The notes beneath the pieces are model-generated. The model was not told the origin of the DNA, ran no database searches, and was given only the letters and a program-made list of their open reading frames with translations. A stretch of 32,000 nt of DNA from NCBI RefSeq assembly GCF_001945605.1, contig NZ_MPKA01000057.1, positions 3,039 through 35,038 on the forward strand, read 5' to 3'. The translations under genes were made by a program, and so were the position numbers. Positions 27,410 through 32,000 of this stretch are shown piece by piece. This stretch comes from Dubosiella newyorkensis. Lineage in GTDB: Bacteria; Bacillota_I; Bacilli_A; Erysipelotrichales; Erysipelotrichaceae. The first letter of the stretch is position 1. Every line of letters begins with the position of its first letter.

Positions 27410-28282
27410 ATGAAGCGAAAAATCCAATACAAACGTTTGATGATTTTGGTTGGTTTTATAATTTTTATTCTGATTTGCGCTTGGCTTTTAGTCCGCGCTT
27501 TTCTTTCTAAGCCATCTAGTGAATTGTCAAAACCAGCAGAAATAAACACATTAAACACCGATTCCTCTATACCAGACCTTTCATCCTTTTTAAAAACTTC
27601 TTTATCCCCGGTTGGTAAGGTCATGTATATTTGGGGTGGCGGATGGAATGAAGAGGATACAGGGGCTGGTGTTGAAGCTACCCGTTTAGGCTTAGCTCCT
27701 GCTTGGGTTGAATTTACAAGTCAACAAGATTCTTCTTATGATTATGAGGATCATCTCTATGAGATCCATAATGGGCTGGATTGTTCTGGTTTTGTAGGCT
27801 GGGTGCTCTATAATACTTTTGAACATGAAGATGGAAAAGATGGTTATGTTGCTTTATCGGGAGAACTCCCTTCAGATCTTGCCCAAAAGGGATGGGGGAA
27901 ACTGATTCCTGCCGCTAAGATCGATTCTTATGAGCCCGGAGACATTCTTGGAAATGAAGGGCATATCTATATCGTTTTGGGAGAAATGGAAGATGGTTCT
28001 GTATTGCTCGTTCATTCATCTCCTCCTGGTGTTCAGATCAGTGGAACTCCTACGCCAAATGGAGATCTTTCTTCTCAAGCGATCCTGCTGGCAAACTCGA
28101 TCATGTCAGAAAGATATACTGCATGGAGCGAAAAATATCCAAATCATACGGTCGATCTATCTTATTTGCAAGGTTATGACCAATTTCGTTGGGATCCTTC
28201 GATCTTGACGGATGTTCATGGATTAAAAAAAATGCCTACTGATTCTCGGATGGACTATCTTTTTTCAAGTCTCGAGAATTGA
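27410..28282 (+). CDS. Membrane-anchored NlpC/P60-family cysteine peptidase (atypical)
   Basis: N-terminal K/R-rich segment followed by a TM helix, then YIWGGGW...(~45-aa insert)...GLDCSGFVGW (catalytic Cys), GDILGNEGHIYIV (His) and LLVHSS. Confidence 0.8.
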   Translation: MKRKIQYKRLMILVGFIIFILICAWLLVRAFLSKPSSELSKPAEINTLNTDSSIPDLSSFLKTSLSPVGKVMYIWGGGWNEEDTGAGVEATRLGLAPAWVEFTSQQDSSYDYEDHLYEIHNGLDCSGFVGWVLYNTFEHEDGKDGYVALSGELPSDLAQKGWGKLIPAAKIDSYEPGDILGNEGHIYIVLGEMEDGSVLLVHSSPPGVQISGTPTPNGDLSSQAILLANSIMSERYTAWSEKYPNHTVDLSYLQGYDQFRWDPSILTDVHGLKKMPTDSRMDYLFSSLEN

Positions 28283-28749
28283 TAGGCATTTCTAGGATCC
28301 CCATTGGCTAGATAGATGATCCCGGCATATTGGAATCCATTTCGCAGAATACATTTCTGCATTGGAATATTGTCTGCATGGGTATCGATCTTAACATTAT
28401 TGGATCGGTGAATACCATATTGAAGGATGGTGTCGCCGATCCTTTTCTTCTTTCCTGCGGAAGCGACTTTATGAAGTACGGCATATGGTTCTTCATTCAA
28501 CCATTCTCCTTCGATCTTAATATAAGTCGGATCAATTCCTTCATAATAAACAAAAGCTCCTTCGATACCATCCACGCTCTCAACGATATAAAGCTGTTCT
28601 TTTAGTATATCTTCTTTGAGATCCTTTTGATTGGGGTGCCCATCGTTCCATTGATTTGGATTTCCATGTGTATGCATATAGTTTCGTGCATTTTCATAGA
28701 GTTGTTCAAGTTGTTCAAGGTCCGTTGATTTTGCGTTTCGAATTCTCAT
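28255..28749 (-). CDS. GNAT-family N-acetyltransferase
   Basis: 164 aa with GNAT-like organisation (...YAVLHKVASAGKKKRIGDTIL... acetyl-CoA pyrophosphate-binding-type segment, ...RNGFQYAG...). Its ATGA overlaps the upstream GT2 stop. Confidence 0.8.
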   Translation of the reverse strand: MRIRNAKSTDLEQLEQLYENARNYMHTHGNPNQWNDGHPNQKDLKEDILKEQLYIVESVDGIEGAFVYYEGIDPTYIKIEGEWLNEEPYAVLHKVASAGKKKRIGDTILQYGIHRSNNVKIDTHADNIPMQKCILRNGFQYAGIIYLANGDPRNAYQFSRLEKR

Positions 28750-29705
28750 TTCTGCTCCCAGTCGATTTCGTCGATATTCCAGCCAAACTTAATACATGCG
28801 ATCTTAAGCCAGCAATAATAAGCCACCTTCATGACTTTAGGGATCTTTTTCCAATCCAGAGGATATGGTTTAAATTTTGGATTCTGCTTTTTATGTGTCA
28901 TGAAGATCAAAGTATAAATGATGACCATATCTGTATTGTAGTAGTTCATCGTAAAGTCGAATGTTTGTTCTGGAAAACGATCTTTCAGCACTTGTTCTTG
29001 ATATTGATAGGCTTTACGCATATTATATACAGTTTCTAGATCCATTCTATTCGTCAATGAGCCCTGGCGTTGTACATAATGATAAAAGCGATTAGGGCTC
29101 GTCGATATCGTTTCCGCATTGGCAATCGTTTTGAAGATCGTTCTTGTATCCTCAAATCCAATTAAGTGTTCTGGAAATCGAACATTTTCAAATACTTCTT
29201 TTTTATAAAGCTTCCCCCATGGATAATTATTGATACCCTTATTATTTACGAGTTGCTGTAGGGCTTGGATCGTGTTGATCGTTTGCCGTTTAGCGACTTT
29301 GCGTAAAAAAGGGAAATATTTGAAATAATCCATCCTATATCCACATTGTACGAGCTCTGAATGATCGAGTTGCGAGATCCTTATCATAGTCTCGACCATT
29401 TTTGGATGGATATAATCATCGCTGTCCACAAACATATAATAATCGCCATTCGCATGATCGAGTGCTCGATTTCTTGTTGTGGAAATCCCAGCATTTTCAT
29501 AGATATATACGTGAATGTTTGGGAATTTTTTTGCGTATTCCTGACAGATTTCTATCGAACGATCTGGCGATCCATCGTCGATCAACACAATTTCTATATT
29601 TGGATAGCTTTGAGCTAATAAAGAATCTAAACAGGTGGCTATATATTTTTCAACATTATAAACGGGGACTAAAATACTAACTAGAGGGTTTGTTTTTGAA
29701 TCCAT
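28746..29705 (-). CDS. Family-2 glycosyltransferase
   Basis: VSILVPVYNVEKYI, IDDGSPDRS and VDSDDY (DxD) GT-A motifs, with an AAAGGAG SD. It overlaps the upstream permease-like gene by 25 nt. Confidence 0.88.
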   Translation of the reverse strand: MDSKTNPLVSILVPVYNVEKYIATCLDSLLAQSYPNIEIVLIDDGSPDRSIEICQEYAKKFPNIHVYIYENAGISTTRNRALDHANGDYYMFVDSDDYIHPKMVETMIRISQLDHSELVQCGYRMDYFKYFPFLRKVAKRQTINTIQALQQLVNNKGINNYPWGKLYKKEVFENVRFPEHLIGFEDTRTIFKTIANAETISTSPNRFYHYVQRQGSLTNRMDLETVYNMRKAYQYQEQVLKDRFPEQTFDFTMNYYNTDMVIIYTLIFMTHKKQNPKFKPYPLDWKKIPKVMKVAYYCWLKIACIKFGWNIDEIDWEQK

Positions 29706-30430
29706 TGAACTCCTTTTCGAATAAGAAAGACAACGATGTTAACGATCAGTAAAAGCCAAATCGTCCAGGCTAAAACAGAAGCTAGATCGACATTTAATTT
29801 GGCATACTGCATCTTTTTTCCTATTCCTAATGATACTTGCGATAGAATCTCTGCCATGACTCCTACTTTGAAGCCAAGAGCCACGATCGAAAGAAAACTC
29901 GATAAAAGGGCTGATCGCCCTAACGGTAAATATACATTTTTTAATTTATAAAAATTCGATTGTGGATACAAGACAAACAGCGGTTTCCACGTTTGATCGA
30001 TTTCTAAAAATTGATCATGACAGTTCTGGTAAACGATTGGAAAAAGGACGAGGAAGAGAACCCAGAATATGCTCTGTTCTCGATCCAGCCAAAACAACAA
30101 TACAATCAATAATGTAATGTTTGGAATCGTTCGAATGGTTAAAATACTTGTTTCGATCCAGCTGCTAGCTCTTGAACACAATTGGGATATGGAGGCTAAA
30201 AAGATGCCACCGATAAAAGAGCATAGTACAGCACTCATCACCCGGGTCAAAGTATATAGTATACTGATATAGAAGTCCTTATCTTGGACTTGTTCTGCCA
30301 TGATTCTTAAGATCGTATTCGGATTGGGAAATATGAACGGATTTTTAAATGTTAAGAATATGATCATTCCGATTCCATATATTGTTGCGCACCAGATCAC
30401 GATCTTCTTTATTTCCGAAAGCATTTTCAT
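29681..30430 (-). CDS. ABC-transporter-permease-like membrane protein (NitT/TauT/SsuC-like fold), orphan
   Basis: 249 aa with ~6 TM spans. By eye it aligns with SsuC/TauC-type permeases (FPNPNTIL...TLTRVMSAVL...IRTIPNITLL...VYLPLGRSALLSS). The EAA coupling-loop motif is not recognisable. Its ATGA overlaps the TPR gene stop. Confidence 0.65.
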   Translation of the reverse strand: MKMLSEIKKIVIWCATIYGIGMIIFLTFKNPFIFPNPNTILRIMAEQVQDKDFYISILYTLTRVMSAVLCSFIGGIFLASISQLCSRASSWIETSILTIRTIPNITLLIVLLFWLDREQSIFWVLFLVLFPIVYQNCHDQFLEIDQTWKPLFVLYPQSNFYKLKNVYLPLGRSALLSSFLSIVALGFKVGVMAEILSQVSLGIGKKMQYAKLNVDLASVLAWTIWLLLIVNIVVFLIRKGVQWIQKQTL

Positions 30431-31794
30431 TGTTCACGTTGTTTGAGGATATCCAAATAAAAATCAAGGTCTTCGATTGGCTCGTTATTTTTGATCGCTT
30501 CATTCATAGTATCAACCAAGTCGATCATCTCATCCGTTTTACTTAAAATATCTAGGCACATAAATCGAACGCCGGCAAGGATTCCATCTGTTTTATAATT
30601 ATCCTTGGTGCAGTCTAAAATATCATGATAATGATATGTATGGAAGCATGTAAGCACGAAATCGATCAATTCATCTTTTTCTTGAAAAGGCATAATGCTT
30701 TTGAATCCTGTATACGCTTCGTTGAAATGTCTTGTTTGATAGGCAGCTCTCGTAAATAAAAGAAAATAAGGTTGGACTTCTTCCGTACTTTCTAACTCTT
30801 TATATGTAAACTTTTTAAACAACGAAAAGTTGAGGTCAAAGCGAGAATTTTCATCGAGCGAATATAATATAAATAATTTATAGAGAGACCGTTCGAATTG
30901 ATCCCATAAAAAAGAGATATATTTTTTTTCTGTAGGGTATGAGTAATTCAACTTAAAGAGTGCATCTAAGTAAATCGAAATGTAAGTGTAGGGATCTTCT
31001 TCAGAGGTCTTTGTTAGTTTCAGCATTTTTTTGCGATATATATTCGCTTGATGATTTTGATTTTGTTCATCGTAAAGCTGAACGATCAAATTAAAAAGGC
31101 TGGTCGAAGGGTATTTTCTGATATTCTTCCCCAAAAACTCAATCGCTTTTTTTGCCGATTCATATTTATTGAAATACATCGCTTTATAAAAAACTTTTTG
31201 TGATGATTCTGGCAGTTCTTCAGCGTATTGAATAAGTGCCTGATCGACTTCTTCGAATAAAAATTGACAAATTTGTTCAAGTACGGTCGTATCGGATTTT
31301 ATTTGGTCGAAGTATTCAAAAACTCTTTTTTTGTTTCCAAGCTCCCAATAGCAGCAAGCGGCAAGAAAATAAATTTCTGGATCATCCGTTTCTAAAAGTA
31401 TATCTTCAAAATAAGAAACGGCTTTTTTGAAGTCGTTTTTCCCGATATAAATTTTTCCTAATAAAAATAAACGATGAAGATCGCCATCCGGATCTTCTTC
31501 GTCACTCGTTTCACATTTTTTCAGCCAAGTCAAAGCTTCATCCCATTCTTGAAGGCCTATATGAGCATCAGCTATTCGTTCATAAAAGACGGGATGTTCA
31601 TAGCCTACACTGATCGCCTCTGCCATAAGATCTAATACTTCTTCATATTCTTGATTTCCTAATAAAATATCGGAGACGGCTAAATAGTAAAAGTCATCGA
31701 TCCCAAAAGAATCTTTATATTCTTCTAATAAATGAGAAGCCTCCTTATATTGGGTATTTTCAATATATTCGATAATTTGATTTTTTAAATTCAT
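30427..31794 (-). CDS. Cytoplasmic TPR-like repeat protein of unknown function
   Basis: 455 aa, all-helical and acidic, with repeated W/Y/F-x-A-L-type TPR-like pairs (EWDEALTWLKK, FKKAVSYFEDIL, YWELGNKKRVFEYF, YESAKKAIEFL). There is no signal peptide or TM span. An AAAGGTGG SD is present. Confidence 0.7.
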   Translation of the reverse strand: MNLKNQIIEYIENTQYKEASHLLEEYKDSFGIDDFYYLAVSDILLGNQEYEEVLDLMAEAISVGYEHPVFYERIADAHIGLQEWDEALTWLKKCETSDEEDPDGDLHRLFLLGKIYIGKNDFKKAVSYFEDILLETDDPEIYFLAACCYWELGNKKRVFEYFDQIKSDTTVLEQICQFLFEEVDQALIQYAEELPESSQKVFYKAMYFNKYESAKKAIEFLGKNIRKYPSTSLFNLIVQLYDEQNQNHQANIYRKKMLKLTKTSEEDPYTYISIYLDALFKLNYSYPTEKKYISFLWDQFERSLYKLFILYSLDENSRFDLNFSLFKKFTYKELESTEEVQPYFLLFTRAAYQTRHFNEAYTGFKSIMPFQEKDELIDFVLTCFHTYHYHDILDCTKDNYKTDGILAGVRFMCLDILSKTDEMIDLVDTMNEAIKNNEPIEDLDFYLDILKQREQ

Positions 31795-31815
31795 AAATCC
31801 ACCTTTGTTCTTAAT

Positions 31816-31844
31816 ATATTAGCTTAGAAAGAAGCTAAATGCAA
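31816..31844 (-). promoter_or_regulatory. Candidate promoter of the TPR/permease/GT2/GNAT operon (TTGCAT-17-TAATAT)
   Basis: On the minus strand, TTGCAT lies at 31844..31839 and TAATAT at 31821..31816 with a 17-nt spacer. It abuts the rrn terminator U-tract. Confidence 0.55.
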
Positions 31845-31871
31845 AAAAAGAGGAATGTATTCACATTCCTC
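31843..31871 (-). terminator. Rho-independent terminator of the rRNA operon
   Basis: The minus-strand RNA reads GAGGAAUGU-GAAU-ACAUUCCUC followed by U7, a few nt after the 5S 3' end. Confidence 0.85.
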
Positions 31872-31873
31872 CT

Positions 31874-31989
31874 GAACCGGCAGCGTCCTATTCTTGCAGG
31901 CGCTAAGCCAACTACCTTCGGCGATGGAGTGCTTGACTTCTGTGTTCGGGACGGGAACAGGTATTTCCACTTCTCTGTCACCACCGGAT
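31874..31989 (-). rRNA. rrf: 5S ribosomal RNA (complete; ends approximate to +/-3 nt)
   Basis: The reverse complement reads UCCGGUGGUGACAGAGAAGUGGAAAUACCUGUUCCCGUCCCGAACACAGAAGUCAAGCACUCCAUCGCCGAAGGUAGUUGG...AGAAUAGGACGCUGCCGGUU. The universal CCGAAC and GGUAGU segments are present, and helix I closes (CCGGUGG/CUGCCGG). The 23S gene should lie beyond 32000. Confidence 0.93.
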
Positions 31990-32000
31990 CTTCTTCTCGA

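Noticed and set aside
29961-29969. DnaA-box-like TGTGGATAC
   Set aside because: It is a single 8/9 match inside a coding region, with no cluster and no AT-rich unwinding element.
1-32000. CRISPR arrays, IS elements, tRNAs and prophage genes
   Set aside because: I scanned the intergenic regions and repeats by eye on both strands. The only structured non-coding elements found are the terminators, the T-box, the leaders and the 5S rRNA listed above.

Overview
This window is a low-GC Gram-positive (Bacillota-type) chromosomal core region. I estimate about 40% GC by eye, and a Mollicutes-related or Erysipelotrichia-like lineage is an inference, not shown by the sequence. Of 35 protein genes, 33 lie on the minus strand, along with a complete 5S rRNA gene that ends an rrn operon. 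In transcription order (high to low coordinates) the window holds: 5S rRNA; an uncharacterised TPR / permease-like / GT2 / GNAT operon; a convergent NlpC/P60 gene; ffh-rpsP-ylqC-rimM-trmD-rplS-lepB-rbgA-rnhB-dprA-trmFO-xerC; rpsB-tsf; a self-contained seven-gene arginine operon argGHCJBDF behind a T-box leader; pyrH-frr-uppS-cdsA-rseP; a divergent hemolysin-III gene; and smc-ftsY. Ten rho-independent terminators and several sigma-A-type promoters, many with an extended -10 TGn, can be read directly. I found no CRISPR array, IS element, prophage or tRNA. The points most worth a second look are: (1) strong GATC over-representation across the window; (2) control of the whole arginine pathway by a T-box with a probable Arg (CGU) specifier, with the operon sitting inside the normally contiguous rpsB-tsf-pyrH-frr string; and (3) the tightly coupled TPR / orphan permease-like / GT2 / GNAT operon next to an atypical NlpC/P60 gene. 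That operon is the only real candidate for an undescribed system, and its function is unknown.
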